Source of the DNA: Octopus vulgaris
Lineage: Eukaryota
Length of the DNA stretch: 64,000 nt
Reading direction: 5' to 3'
NCBI GenBank assembly: GCA_951406725.2
Contig: OX597817.1
Span: 32,426,001 to 32,490,000 of the forward strand
Shown: positions 24,913 through 38,514 of the stretch, piece by piece
Numbering within the stretch: position 1 is the stretch's first letter
How the letters are laid out: each line of letters starts with the position of its first letter
Notes under the pieces: model-generated
What the model was told of the DNA's origin: nothing
Seen by the model: the letters and a program-made list of their open reading frames with translations, nothing else
Databases searched by the model: none
Made by a program: the position numbers and the translations under genes

Positions 24913-25480
24913 AATTAATAATAACAACTTATCAAAAGTATGTATAAAGCATATACAGTAATGTACAAATGTCTGGAAAGTGAACAGTGTATGAGTCAGA
25001 TACATGCTTGCATGTGTATGGAGGGAAGAAAATCAGGTGTAGTGTTGGCGAATCTCAGGAAGCATGGAAGTTTTGAAGGATGCAGTGCTCCGACAACTAA
25101 CAACTGATGCCAGCAGTTTGTTCTGTGTGTCTGTGTTTGTCCCCCCCAACATCGCTTGATGTCCCCCCCAACATACTTCAGCAACTCTTAGTGTGAAAAA
25201 ATGTTTCCGAAAGTCATGGGAGCTGTCCTGTTTTCTGACTTTGTAAATATGTCCACGGGTGTTAGACAGGTGGAGTTCGAAAAGGTGCTCGGGTTATTGC
25301 TTGTAAGATGGTTAATAATTTTATGGGTGTCTGCCAAGTCAGCTGCCAGATGTTGGAGTTTCAATGTATCCATGCCCAAGGAAGTAAGGCGTTCAGAATA
25401 TGGCAAATGCCAGATGGAGGGTATTCTCTTGGTTGCATGTCGCTGAACAGCTTCCAGATGATTAAAATCCTGAATTACAT
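24913..25480 (-). mobile_element. CR1-like LINE 3' fragment, same family
   Basis: Reverse-complement match to 20602-21038, extending upstream to PYSERLTSLGMDTLKL. Confidence 0.8.
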
Positions 25481-28174
25481 TTCAAACACTGAATATATCA
25501 ATAACTAGAATATAATATTTTTCTGAAGTCCATCTTTCAAAAGAATTCCAGTATGACTATCATTTATTTTGTTTATTTGTTTATTTATCTATTTATGTTT
25601 TGTAAGGTGGTGAGGTATAATTAGTTTAGTGCTTCTCATCCCTTGGACTTTGTTTCCTCATAACTTTTTTTTCAATGATGCATAAGAATCAGCAAACTAT
25701 TTCTGGGATCTCTTTTTTTTGATACCTTTGATACATGTTGCAAGATTCCAGATGTGAAACTATGGGTTGAAACTGATATTTTTGTATTTCATGGTACTGT
25801 CTCTCTTTACTCTTTTACTTGTTTCAGTCATTTGACTGTGGCCATGCTGGAGCACCACCTTTCAGTCGAGCAAATCGACCCCAGGACTTATTCTTTGTAA
25901 GCCTAGTACTTATTCTATCAGTCTCTTTCGCCGAACTGCTAAGTTACAGGACATAAACACACCAGCATCGGTTGTCAAGCGATGTTGGGGGGACAAACAC
26001 AGACACACATACATATACACACACACATATATACATATACATATATACGACGGGCTTCTTTCAGTTTCCGCCTACCAAATCCACTCACAAGGCTTTGGTC
26101 AGCCCGAGGCTATAGTAAAAGACACTTGCCCAAGGTGCCACACAATGGGACTGAACCCGGAACCATGTGGCTGGTAAGTAAGCTACTTACCACACAGCCA
26201 CTCCTATGCCTATGATGGTAATTTTTTTTTTTTGCGAAATAAACACATACACTATGTATTCATTCTTCACTCGTTTATTACTGTTCTTATTTTAACTCAT
26301 GTCCATGAGTTTTTTTGTTTTTTTTGGTGGTGGGGGGGATAATTTTCAGTAAAGTGAGGTAACCATATCAGAATAGTTAGCAATAAGCCAAGAATGTAAG
26401 CTACTTTATCTAGTGATTATTTTAGTTATATTTTCAGTCAATAACAATCATCATCATCATTTAACATCCATTTTCCATGCTTACATAGGGTGGATGGTTT
26501 AATAGGAGCTGGCCAGCTGGAGAATTGCACCAGGTTCTGACTGTTTGCTCTTTGGTATGGTTTCTGTGACTGGGTGCCCTTCTTGATGCCAACCCCTATA
26601 CAGAGTGTACTGGGTGCTTGCTATGTAGCACCACCACCAACATTATCATGTGGCACTTGCATGTAATGAAGCAGTAATCAACATGAGTAAATAAGGGAGT
26701 TTCTATGTGAATGATGGACCTCTTAGAAATAACAACTAAATGTCTCTTGAATCACACTACTATTTTAAAAAACGAAGGCTACAGTGGATGATATAACCTG
26801 ATCAGGAAGAATGCCTCATTCACAGCTGATCTGGAGCAAAACATCAGCTTTTCACCAGTGTTCTAAGCCCTTTTGTTTTTCTTTTGCTCTTGACATGAAT
26901 TAGATGGTTTTTCTGATGGAAGGTTTGATGACCAGATACCCTTCTTACCGCTAACCCCTTTTAGCCACTTCTTATAACATCCAGGTTCAAAGTGTGCCTA
27001 TCATTGTTCTAAAACTATTACAATAATAATTGAAGCCAACAAGGAAGCCCCTGTGTGGTCATTTGCATGCTAGAAATGACAGCCAAATTGCTTTCATATC
27101 ACGATATAAGCTTTAAAAATACAGAATTACATTAAACATTATAATCTGTGGGGAAACAGAAAGAAATGTATTTGAGCGTCAATTTGGTCTGAGGCTAAAC
27201 AACAGCAGCAATAAATTATTTTAACGCGAGTGACACAGTAGCCTCCCTTGAATTGTCTCAGCCTGTTACCCTGTTGCTTGAAACTTCAGTTTTACATTCA
27301 AACTTCGATTCGTTCTCTCTGTTGTAATTTTTTTTTCCCAGTCCTTTTAGCCGAAAATGAACATACTTTATAAGATTAATCAGTAAAATCATGGCAAAAT
27401 AAGAAATCCGTAAATAAATAAACAAAATAAAGAAACATTTACACTTCCTCAATTATACATTTCAGTATATTCTACAATGAAGCCAGCGAGCTGGCAGAAA
27501 CGTTAGCATGCCGGGCGAAATGCTTAGCGGTAATTCGTCTGCCGCTACGTTATGAGTTCGACTTTGCCTTTCATCCTTTCGGGGTCGATAAATTAAGTCC
27601 CAGTTATGCACTGGGGTTGATCTAATTGGTTTAATCCCTTTGTCTGTCCTTGTTTGTCCACTTGTTTAGCCCCTAGTGGGTAATAAAGAAATAAGCAGCG
27701 TTAGCAAGCCGAGCAGAATGTTTAGCAGCAATTATACATACGTGTGTGTGTGTGTGTGTGTATGCATGCATGCATATATAGTTCGCAGATGATATTCTGA
27801 GATTCTCCATGTAAAAGTCACTTAGTGGTGCTCAAAAGATTCTAACTTGGACTCCAATGTCTTTACAGAGGATCGATTTCACAAGGTAAAGAAAGACTAT
27901 AAGAGGGATCAGATTGAGTGAGTAAAGAGGCAATTATGCAGATAAGCAAATTAGACACATTAAAGTATATTAAGTATATTAAATATATGGCGGTGTCCCA
28001 GCATGGCCAAAGCTCGTGAGCTGATACTAGATAAAATAAATTAAAAAATAAAAATAATAAAAGTTTTATAAAACTTTTATATTTAATGTAGTTAATATAT
28101 TTAATGTGTCTAATTTGTTTATCCACATAATTGTCTGCATACATACATATATGTATGTATATGTGTGTGTGTAT

Positions 28175-28192
28175 ATAGATAGATAGATAGAC

Positions 28193-28268
<76 letters not shown>
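28175..28268. repeat. (GATA)n microsatellite
   Basis: Direct reading. Confidence 0.97.
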
Positions 28269-28270
28269 GA

Positions 28271-28468
28271 GTCCAGGACATTTACCCCCACCCCACCCAC
28301 CCATGGACAATAACCCACCAAGAACAATTACCACTGAGGACAACAGTTGATCATTTAAAACTTCTTAGTATATTGGAGAGGGGGTAATTAACCAAGGGGG
28401 TTAATTGTCCTAGGGGATAGTTGTCGTCAGGGGGAATTGTCCCATGGGGCGGGTAATTGTCCTGATAC
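28271..28468. mobile_element. MITE with internally repetitive TIRs, inserted in (GATA)n
   Basis: Repeated GGACAAT-A-CC motifs on the left mirrored by GG-AATTGTCC motifs on the right. Confidence 0.55.
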
Positions 28469-28530
28469 GAGATAGATAGATAGATAGATATAAGTATATA
28501 TATATATAGAGAGAGAGAAATAAATATATA

Positions 28531-29399
28531 CAGGGTGTTTCAAAAAATTTGATATCATTTGAGATGTAAATATCACAGAAACTACATAGTCAAAGCAAAG
28601 GAAACTAAACAGGCTTAATGTTGAGCAACATAAGATTTATTCTTCCAAATTTGAATGAGAAATTCAAAGGTATGTGGATTCCATGAATGATTTCACAAAT
28701 GTTCAATATGCGCATCATCTGAGACATGGCACATGTCATGTCAGTAGACCAGCTCCTCCCAAACATGCTGCAGCCTGTCTTGGGTAACAGTCTTGGATAA
28801 TAGTGATTCTCTGCTTGAGTTCCTATAGGTTTGCAAGAAGAGGGGAGATATAGACCGGGTCCTTCACCTAGCCCCATGTTTGCACTTTCGCTTGTCATCT
28901 GCCATTATTGTCTGAACGAGCTGCAGCTTGTAGGGTTTCATTAACAAGCATTTCCTCAGGATGTGCCAAACTGTCATTGGAGGAATCTGGGTTTCCAGAC
29001 TTGTTCATCTTATGGACTTCTTGGGGTTTCACATGAGCTTTTGGCGAACCCACTCAACCATCTCTGCTGATGTTAGTGGTTGTCCATATCCTTTTGCCCT
29101 GCACAGACAGCCTTTCTCTTTGAATTTTTTGTGCCATGTCCAAATCAGCATTGCTATTGGTGACTTTTTATAGAACTCTCTCATGAATGCTGCACAGTCT
29201 TGTTTGACTGTCTTCAAGCATAGTCCAACACACAAAACGCCTTTTCTCTTCCAGTGAATGCTATTTCTATACCTGAAAAGATAAACATATCAAACATTAA
29301 ACATAAAATTTTGACCATGTTAAAATTTGAAGTCATTTAAACAAGAAGTGGTGAAGTTATTAGAATGTGAAATGATATCAAATTTTTTGAAATACCCTG
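28531..29399 (-). mobile_element. Internally deleted Tc1-like transposon
   Basis: TIRs CAGGGTGTTTCAAAAAATTTGATATCATT / AATGATATCAAATTTTTTGAAATACCCTG with TA flanks; HTH remnant IWTWHKKFKEKGCL and C-terminal AHIEHL*. Confidence 0.8.
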
Positions 29400-29760
<361 letters not shown>

Positions 29761-30499
29761 ATATATATATATACACACACACTGTGCTTGAGGAGTACAG
29801 CAACATCAAAAAATCAATGGAAATTGTAGTTGTGATAACTGTGCCGGTGGCACGTAAAAAGCACCCACTACACACATGGAGTGGTTGGCGTTAGGAATGG
29901 CATCCAGCTGTAGAAACACTGCCAGATCAGACTGGAGCCTGGTGCAGCCTCATGGCTTCCCAGACCCCGGTCAAACCGTCCAACCCATGCTAGCATGGAA
30001 AACGGACGTTAAACGATGATGATGATGATGATATATATATATATATATATATATATACACCTATATGTGAGTGTGTGTGCAGGTTACTGTCTTGTTGCCT
30101 TGACTTCACTTGACAGTTTAAGTATCCCCTCATGCAAGTGGTGACTTTTGCTCCCAGTTTTCTGAGACATGTCTGGACATGTCTAGAAAGTATTCTTTCC
30201 AGACAAAACCCGAAATTTGGGGAGAGGGGGTGGCAGTCGATTAGATTGACCCCAGTACGAAACTGGTACTTAAATTTATCGACCCTGAAAGGATGAAAGG
30301 CAAACTCAACCTCAGCGGAATTTGAACTCAAGAGTGTAAAAACAGGCGAAATAACGTCTGGAAAATATTACCTTACTTGGAAACAGATGAGGACAGGTGA
30401 GAGAAATGTCATCTGACCGTAGAATATCAGCCTCAACAAATTCTTTCAGATCCATCCGAGAGGAGAATGACAGATTGTTAGAGATGTTCGGTCTGAGGA

Positions 30500-30509
30500 A
30501 TCATCATCA

Positions 30510-30544
<35 letters not shown>

Positions 30545-30630
30545 ATCATCATCACCACCACCACCACCACCACCACCACCACCACCACCACCACCACCAT
30601 CGTCATCATCATCATCATCAACATCATCAT
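30500..30630. repeat. Compound (CAT)/(CATCGT)/(CAC)n microsatellite
   Basis: Direct reading; source of the poly-His ORF. Confidence 0.95.
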
Positions 30631-31697
30631 TTTTGTTTTGTCCACTTTTTCATGCTTTCATGATTCTTATGGGACTTGTTAAGCTGATGCCCTTCATGAT
30701 GCCAGCCCTCGTCTGTTTCCAACCAAGATATTTCCTCATGACCAGACATGTTTTTCATGGAAAATTGGATGCAAATGACATTACTTGTATGACAGTCACA
30801 CTCACTTAGAACCATCATGCAATATCAAAATAAAGGGATACACAAACATACACTCCACATACACACATGCACACACGTGCATGCACACACGCACATGCAC
30901 ATGCATGCATGCACACAATCACACATGCATGCACACACATACACAAATACACACACACAGACGTACACACAAACACATGTACACATGCGTGCACACAATC
31001 ACACATGCACACACACACACACACGATCATGCATGCACACACATATACAAATACACAAACACACACACGCATTCTCGGTATTCATCAACATTATCATCAA
31101 TTAGTATCCACTTTCCCATGCTCGGATGCATCAGACTGAATTTGCTGAGACAAATTTTATACACTCTGATGCCATTCCTCTCACCTATCCTCATCTGTTT
31201 CCAAGTAAGGTAATATTTCCCAGACATGTCCAGACATGTCCCAGAAGACTAGGAAAAAGTGTCACCACATGCATGAGGGACACTTACAACTATCAAATGA
31301 TGTCAAGCGACAAGGAGACAGTAACCTACAAACACACATATGCACACGCATATAGGTATATATATATATATATATACACATTGGTTCTGGGTTCAGTCCC
31401 ACTGTGTGGCACTTTGGGTAAGTGTCTCCTACTTTAGCCTCGGCCTGACCAAAGCCTTGTGATTGGATTTGGTAGATGGAAACTGAAAGAAGCCCACCGT
31501 GTGTATGTGTGATTGTGTGTATACATACATACATTCATACATATATACATACATATATATATATACAGGATGTCCCAGAAGTTGCGCACCACCGTGGTTT
31601 TTTAAAAGAATACACCCTTATTCATTTCAAAAACACTTTATTGAAATTAATCGTAACAAATGCTCAAATTGAGCACCCTCTACAATAAAACATGTGC

Positions 31698-31769
<72 letters not shown>

Positions 31770-31922
31770 AAGTTTGTTTATGTGAAACATTTTGGGTGCT
31801 CTTATAAAACACTCCCATGTTATTTATTTCAGTTACAACTTATAATCCCCATCTTCCAAAGTAATTTTATGGTTATTAGTGTGGTGCAATTACAGCATAG
31901 GATAAAAATAGTAATGACAAGA

Positions 31923-32152
31923 ACTTTGAGATAGAAATTCATAAGTCCTTTAATGCATTGCCACGTGTCACTAATGCAATTTTTATGCCTGAAAAAACGA
32001 ACACATGTATTGATATTTCCCCTTAAAATCCATGGATATTGCAAATTATATTTGTAATATCCTATGGATGGGGAGCACAGCAACATAAACATGTGGTTTG
32101 TGGAAATGTATGTCACAATGCATTAAAGGATTTATGAATTTCCATCCAAAAG
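31923..32152. mobile_element. MITE-like element with about 38-bp inverted ends
   Basis: GAAATTCATAAGTCCTTTAATGCATTG / CAATGCATTAAAGGATTTATGAATTTC. Confidence 0.55.
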
Positions 32153-32158
32153 TATGTG

Positions 32159-32190
<32 letters not shown>

Positions 32191-32377
32191 AGTAGTTGAA
32201 TGAATTATCTTAGTATGGATAATTCGGTTAACTGATACCTGGGTAGCAAATTCACGTCAGAAAAACACGGTTGAAGCTACATACCAAGGGCAGAGATCAC
32301 GTGCTTTCGTGTGGAAATTTGTGTGTTCTTTTATACAAATAAATGAAAGAATGGAGTTGAACGACGATTTAACAAAA

Positions 32378-32476
32378 TTCCTTTATTCTCGACATATATT
32401 TCGAAGGCTGCATACTCCTAATTTCGAAGGAATAAGGGGTGCATTATGCCGCCTTCTCATCAGGAAAAACAAGGAA
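32378..32476 (-). ncRNA. Type I hammerhead ribozyme, left-arm mirror copy
   Basis: Reverse complement of the right-arm hammerhead with two substitutions; stem III reads ATATATGT (C-G pair replaced by U-G). Confidence 0.75.
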
Positions 32477-32557
32477 CTTATGTCAGCATCAAGATGAACA
32501 AAAACTCTTAGATGACTGCCCACACGGAGCCCATAGCGATAATGATGCTGACATAAG

Positions 32558-32656
32558 TTCCTTGTTTTTCCTGATGAGAAGGCGGCATAATGCACCCCTT
32601 ATTCCTTCGAAATTAGGAATATGCAGCCTTCGAAACATATGTCGAGAATAAAGGAA
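32558..32656 (+). ncRNA. Type I hammerhead ribozyme, right arm of a 160-bp inverted repeat
   Basis: CTGATGA 32571-77; stem II GAAGGCgGCATA/TATGCaGCCTTC; GAAA 32632-35; palindromic stem III ACATATGT; GUC triplet with predicted cut after 32643; stem I TTTTC/GAGAA, 2x2 internal loop, then TTCCTT/AAGGAA. Confidence 0.85.
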
Positions 32657-32702
32657 TTTTGTTAAATCGTCGTTCAACTCCATTCTTTCATTTATTTGTA
32701 TA

Positions 32703-32733
<31 letters not shown>

Positions 32734-32811
32734 GTACATATATATATATGTACATATACATTAATATATATATATCAGAGGTGACTCCAGGTCATCAGTG
32801 TCACTCAGGCT

Positions 32812-33304
32812 CATAATAATAATGAAATTAGTGTATACAGTGCTCAGGTGCACCACAACGGGTGGGCAGCTGAAAACCTGGGTTATGACGATCAAGGAGG
32901 ACTTCTCCGTGCTCACGGGACTGCAGGTGGTCGGCCTGCGCCGATGGAACCATGACTAGCTGACTATCTCCAGTGAACTGGCGCAGGACTGTCGTGCATG
33001 GGCTGCCATGGTTCAAGATGCTTCAAGGGTGGTAGAAGAAGCCGACTCAACCCGCCCAGGGTGAATGTTGCCACAAGTACAAGTAAGTATAAAGCATATG
33101 CAGTAATGTACAAATATCCGGGAAATAAACAGTGTATGAGTCAGATACATGCTTGCGTGTGTATGGAGGGGAGAAAATCAGGTGTAGTGTTGGTGAATCT
33201 CAGAAAGCATGGAAGTTTTGAAGGATGCAGTGCTCTGACAACTAACAACTGATGCTGGCAGTTTATTCCATACTTCAGCAACTCTTAGCATGAAAAAATG
33301 TTTC
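32812..33304 (-). mobile_element. CR1-like 3' fragment split by the RTE-like insertion
   Basis: Matches the CR1 3' end at 32812-32859 and 33085-33304. Confidence 0.7.
32860..33089 (+). mobile_element. 3' end of a different RTE-like LINE nested in a CR1 fragment
   Basis: GGQLKTW..IKEDF..VGLRRWNHD*LTISSELAQDCRAWAAMVQDA..STRPG* followed by a CAAGTA-repeat tail. Confidence 0.6.
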
Positions 33305-33699
33305 ACAGATTTCACATAAGACACATGTCTGCTCAAAGAATTTCATGATTTCTTGCAATATGTCTAGTCCCAAATAGCTTATTTTTTTATATCTAGCAGT
33401 ATGTCTTTCTTCATTTCTAAGTTAAGGGTAAAAATAAAGCAACCCTACAAAGCACAACTGATCTTTATACACAGATGCACAGAATAACAGCAATCAAATA
33501 ACAACAGCAGAGTGCACAACAAACATCATGGATCCGACTGTCGCCTGTACTCTTGACAAGCTATACCAGTTAGTCTTTTACACAGACCAGGCTCATTTGT
33601 ATTAGCTTGAGTTGCTGGATAATTTCTTTTATTTTTCAAAATTAAGATAAACTAAGTTCTTTTTTAATCTAAAATATACTCTCCTTCATTTTCTATAAT

Positions 33700-35343
33700 A
33701 CTCTTCCATCTATCTTGTAGACTTGCAAGGCCCCTCTTCCAAAATTCACTTCTCCATGACAAAAAATATTTCTCTGCTACTGTTCTGACCTTCTCTACAG
33801 AATTTATATTTTTTCCATCAAAATGATTCTGAAGACTGTGGAATAAATGATAATCAGATGGGGCAATGTCCAGTGAATATAGTGGGTGGGGTATCGTTTC
33901 CCACTCAAACTGCTCCAGCCTTTAGAACATCATCCTTGCTGTATGTGGTTGAGCATTATCCTGATGAGAGAACAACTTTCATTTTGAAACCAAAGATTGT
34001 TGTTTTTCTTCTATCGCTGACTTAAGCCACTGAAGCTGCTCGCTGTAGATCTCCTTTCTAATCGTTTGTTTTGTGTTTAAGAGTTCAAAATGGACTAAAC
34101 CTTTCATATCCCACCAAACAAATAGCAGCACCGTACATGGGTGAAGACCTTCTTTAATCTGTGGAGCAGGTATTTCTCCTTTCCCTACCCACAGTCTTTG
34201 GCGCTTATAGAGAACCCATTTTGCTTCACCGGTCACTATTCAGTCCAAAAAAAGTTCATTCATGAGACGTGACAGCAAAGAAGAACACACCTTCACTCTC
34301 TGCATGTGATTAGACTCAGAAAATTTATGCAGAACCCATTGACCCAGTTTGCTGACTTTCCCAATGGCAAGCAGGTATCAAGGAATTGTTGAATTACCAA
34401 ATCAAAGCTTATCTGCTAGTTTCTCAACAATTACGATGGGATTTTGTTCCACCAGAGTTTACAAGATATCCATGTCAAGCTCTACAGATCTTCCAGGACG
34501 AGACTTGTTTTTTAGGCTGTAGTTTCCAGCTCAGAATTTCTGGAACCACCATTGACACTGGCTTATGCTTATTGTCCCATCCCATACTCTGCATTAATAT
34601 TCCTTGCACTTTCATTGCATTGTTGCCTTTATTGATCTCATAAATTAAAATATGTTGAATATATTCCTTTGTCACTTCCAAGCCAAGGTCGACTTTGCCT
34701 TTCATCCTTTCGGGGTCGATAAATTAAGTACCATTTACACACTGGGGTCGATATAATCGACTTAATCCGTTTGTCTGTCCTTGTTTGTCCCTTCTGTGTT
34801 TAGCCCCTTGTGGGTAGTAAAGAAATACATTATAGCTTTGAAAAAATAAGTGTTAAAATCGAACTGTACTCTTCAAAACTTGCACTAAGAATAAATACTA
34901 CCTGCTTTTATAGCAAGTTGATGCAAGTAGTTCATCCTGTCCTCTTCCAACTTTTAATTCATGCAATTGAAAAAACTGCATTATAATATAATATAATGAA
35001 ATTATTGTATACAGTGCTCAGATGCACCACAACTTGTCAGAAAGTGCATATAAAGTACATGCAGTAGTGTAGAAATGTCTGGAAAGTGAACATGCTTGTG
35101 TGTGTATCAAGTGTAGTGTTGGCGAATCTCAGGAAGCATGGAAGTTTTGAAGGATGCAGTGCTCCAACAACTAACAACCGATGCCGGCAGTTTGTTCCAC
35201 GCTTCAGCAACTCTCAGCGTGAAAAAATGTTTCCTGAAGTCATGGGAGGTGTGCTGTTTTCTTACTTTGTAAATATGTCCACGGGTGTTAGATAGGTGGA
35301 GTTTGAAGAGGTGCTCAGAGTTATTATTTATGGGATGACCCAA
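33700..35343 (-). mobile_element. Decayed mariner transposon with nested SINE and CR1 insertions
   Basis: VTGEAKWVLY, VWWDMKGLVHFELL, HQDNAQPH, HPLYSLDIAPSDYHLF motifs; TIR-like end GATGACCCAA-TA. Confidence 0.85.
34984..35322 (-). mobile_element. CR1-like 3' fragment inserted in a mariner terminus
   Basis: SNTRGHIYKVRKQH..FFTLRVAEAWNKLP; flanks rejoin as AAAACTGCATTAT-TTATGGGATGACCCAATA. Confidence 0.8.
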
Positions 35344-35574
35344 TATATTGCACAGCCATAGACAAAGAAGTTTAGTATTTGAGTAAATGTTTGTTTTGAC
35401 ACGTAACTTCAATTTCTCTGTTTCATCAACTAAAAACAACTTTAAAATATCAATGTGTTAAGCATCATATTTCATATAAATGTATTGATTATAGTATAAA
35501 TCATTTCACTGTTATTTTTTATTTATGGGAAAGGCAACATGTTTGGAAACTGAAAGCTCCTTATGAAATATGCA

Positions 35575-35581
35575 TGTGTGT

Positions 35582-35637
<56 letters not shown>

Positions 35638-35837
35638 ACGTGTGTGTGCGAGTGTGTGTACACGTGTGTGTGCAAGTGTGTGCACATGTGTGTGCAAGCG
35701 TGTTTGTGTCGTGTGTGTGTGTTTGTGTGTGTGTGTGTACATCTGTAAATACATTTGTACTTATATGCATGTGTCTTTTTGTGTGTAGGTTGATATATGT
35801 ATGTGTGTGTGTGTGTGTGTGTGTGCAAGTGTGTGTG

Positions 35838-35880
<43 letters not shown>

Positions 35881-36068
35881 ACGTGTGTGTGTGTTTGTGT
35901 TTGTGTGTGTGTACATCTGTAAATACATTTGTACTTATATGCATGTGTCTTTTTGTGTGTAGGTTGATATATGTATGTGTGTGTGTGTGTGTATGTGTAA
36001 ATAGACAGACAGACAGAAAGATAGATAGACAGACAGATCATTGTCATCATCATCATCATCATCATCAT
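35575..36068. repeat. (TG)n-rich tract with a tandem duplication of about 174-bp period, then (GACA/GATA) and (CAT)n
   Basis: GTACATCTGTAAATACATTTGTAC..GGTTGATATATG occurs at 35737 and 35911. Confidence 0.9.
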
Positions 36069-36340
36069 CTTTTAACATCTATTTTCCATGATGACATTGG
36101 TTGGATGGCTTTATTGAGGACTGGAAAGCCAGGAGGCTCCACCAGGCTAAATGTAAGCCATTGTTATATAGGAATCTTAGGGCAGATATGTGTGTGAACA
36201 TGTGTACATAGATAACAGCAAATATCTGTTATCTCGAATTTTATTGACTGACAACACTAAATTACATGTACTTGCAAGTATAATATACAGCATGTGTAAA
36301 TGCATTTATATTCACATAATTACAGAGGTATCAAATTGTT

Positions 36341-38195
36341 GGATCAGGTGATGTAAGTTATAGAGAAAGTCATAGCCCAACTAATTAGCGAGAGAGTTAG
36401 CCTAGATGAGATGCAGTTTGATTTTGTGCCTGGGAGAAGCACCACTGATGCTATATTTCTGGTAAAACAGCTGCAAGAGAAATATATAGCCAAAGATAAA
36501 CCTCTGTATTTGTTCTTTGTTGACTTGGAGAAAGCCTTTGACAGACAGGGCCCCCTGATCTGGTGGTCAATGTGGTAACTAGGGATAGACAAATGGTTGG
36601 TGAGCTGTACAAGCTATGTACAAGGATGCTACCAGTAAGGTGAGGGTTGGCAATGTGTACAGCAAAGAATTCAGGGTACAAGTAGGGGTTCACCAAGGAT
36701 TGGTGCTCAGCCCCCTCTTGTTAATCATAGTCCTCCAGGCAATAACAGGAATTTAAGACAGGCTGTCCCTAGGAGCTCCTCTGTGTTGATGACCTCACTC
36801 TTGTAGCTGAATCACTACCTGAACTAGAGAAGTTCCAGGTATGGAAGCAAGGTCTATAATCAAAGGGACTAAGAGTTAACCTAGCAAAAACCAAAGTCTT
36901 AGTAAGTAGGAAGGCAGACAAATCACAAGTCCCTGCTCAATCAGTAGAAAAGGCATGAACAGAAACTCCATAAGATGCACCCGGTTTAAACTTTGGACAC
37001 ATGAAAGGTGCAACAATATCAGAGGAAGGTTAACAGGAAAACTAGCTTTTGCATGTGAAAGATGCACTGGTACAATAAACTTTGAAAATGCGCAGAAAAT
37101 AGACTCCATCAAATGCCAGGAGGTGCAAGCTAGAGGTAGTAGATAGTTTCCATTATCTAGATAATCAAGTTAGTAGTGAAGCAGGATTCTCCAAGAGCGT
37201 AACTGTGAGAATAAGATTAGGCTGAGTAAATTGAGAGAGCTCCTACCTCTGCTGGCAACAAAGGGCCTCTCTCTCAGAGTGAAAGGTAGATTGTATGAAG
37301 ACTGCGTATGAACAGCTATGCTACATGGCAGTGAAACATGGGCTGTGACAGCCAAGGATATGCATAGATTTGAAAGAAATGAAGCCAGTAAGCTTTGCTG
37401 GATGTGCAATGTCAGTGTGCATATTCAACACAGTGTAAGCATCTTGAGAAAAAAGTTAGGCATAAGAGGCATCAGATGTGATTGCTAGAGCGATGACTGC
37501 ACTGGTATGGTCATGTGATGTGTATGGATGAGGACAGCTGTGTAAAGAAGCACCAATCTCTAATGGTGGAGGGAATCTGTGGTAGAGGTAGGCCCAGGAA
37601 GACATGGGACGAAGTGGTGAAACATGATCTTCAAACTTTGAGCCTCACAGAGGCAATGACTAGTGACTGAGACTTTTGGCGATATGCTGTGCTTGAGAAG
37701 ACCTGTCAAGCTGAGTGAAATCACAATCATGGCTGATGCTGGTGTCATGTAAAGAGCACCATTCAAGCATTGGGCTTCACAGAGGTGAAGTGGTTGAGTT
37801 CCTTTTGAGAGTTGAGCCTCACAGAGGCAAAGTGACTGAGTCCTTTCAAGCATTGGACCTCACGGTGGCAAAGTGACTGATTTCCTTTTGAGCATAGGGC
37901 CTCGTTGAGGCAATGACCAACATCTTTGACATTATATCATACTCGAGAAGAAGACCCATGAAGCTGAGCAAAATTGCAATTATGGCAGATACCAGTGTAA
38001 GACAAATGGTAGCTGTTCTAGTGGCATATAAAGGCACCCATTACACTCTTGGAGTGGTTGGCATTAGGAAGGGTATCCAACCATAGAAAACATGCCAAAT
38101 CAAACTGGAGTCTAGTGCAGCCTTCCAGATTACCAGCCCTGTTCAAACCATCCAGCCCATGCCAGCACAGACAATAGACATTAAATGATGATGGT
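36341..38195 (+). mobile_element. 5'-truncated, decayed RTE-clade LINE (RT domain to 3' tail)
   Basis: EMQFDFVPGRSTTDAIFLVKQLQEKY..LFFVDLEKAFDR; GVHQGLVLSP; ELLCVDDL (decayed YADD); KGLSLRVKGRLY..LHGSETW; stops and frameshifts; ends in a (GAT)n-type tail. Confidence 0.9.
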
Positions 38196-38514
38196 GGTGG
38201 TGGTGATAGATGTATTTTGTTTTCTTTGCATATGTATCTACTTATATGAGGATGTAGCTCATTATATCTAGGTATTTCTGTACATAGAGTTACTAATCTA
38301 TATAAGGTCTGTAAGTATAAATGTATGTGTGCAAGTATAAGTGTGTCTACTGGTATATAAAACTTGGATTATGAGGATAATTAGCAGTAAGCTTTTATGT
38401 ATGTGTGTGTGTGTGTGTGCTTCAGGGCCAGTGGTCCATTTGCTAGGTACAATGAACTAAGACCCTTCAGCTATTGTCAATAGGTCAAACATATTGGGTC
38501 ACAGATTGGTTGGA

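Larger units (their letters stand above)
32332..32702. mobile_element. Inverted pseudo-LTR pair, probably from a Penelope-like retroelement
   Basis: Arms 32332-32491 and 32543-32702 (160 bp, 2 mismatches by eye), 51-bp spacer, right end running into (TA)n; each arm holds a hammerhead. Confidence 0.7.

Noticed and set aside
30397-30663. Poly-His ORF, and the many HT/YI/CV-repeat ORFs elsewhere
   Set aside because: Translations of microsatellites.
32571-32620. Alternative shorter hammerhead register using CCTTC-GAAA at 32604-32612
   Set aside because: Leaves only one base between the stem III partners; the downstream register gives much better stems.
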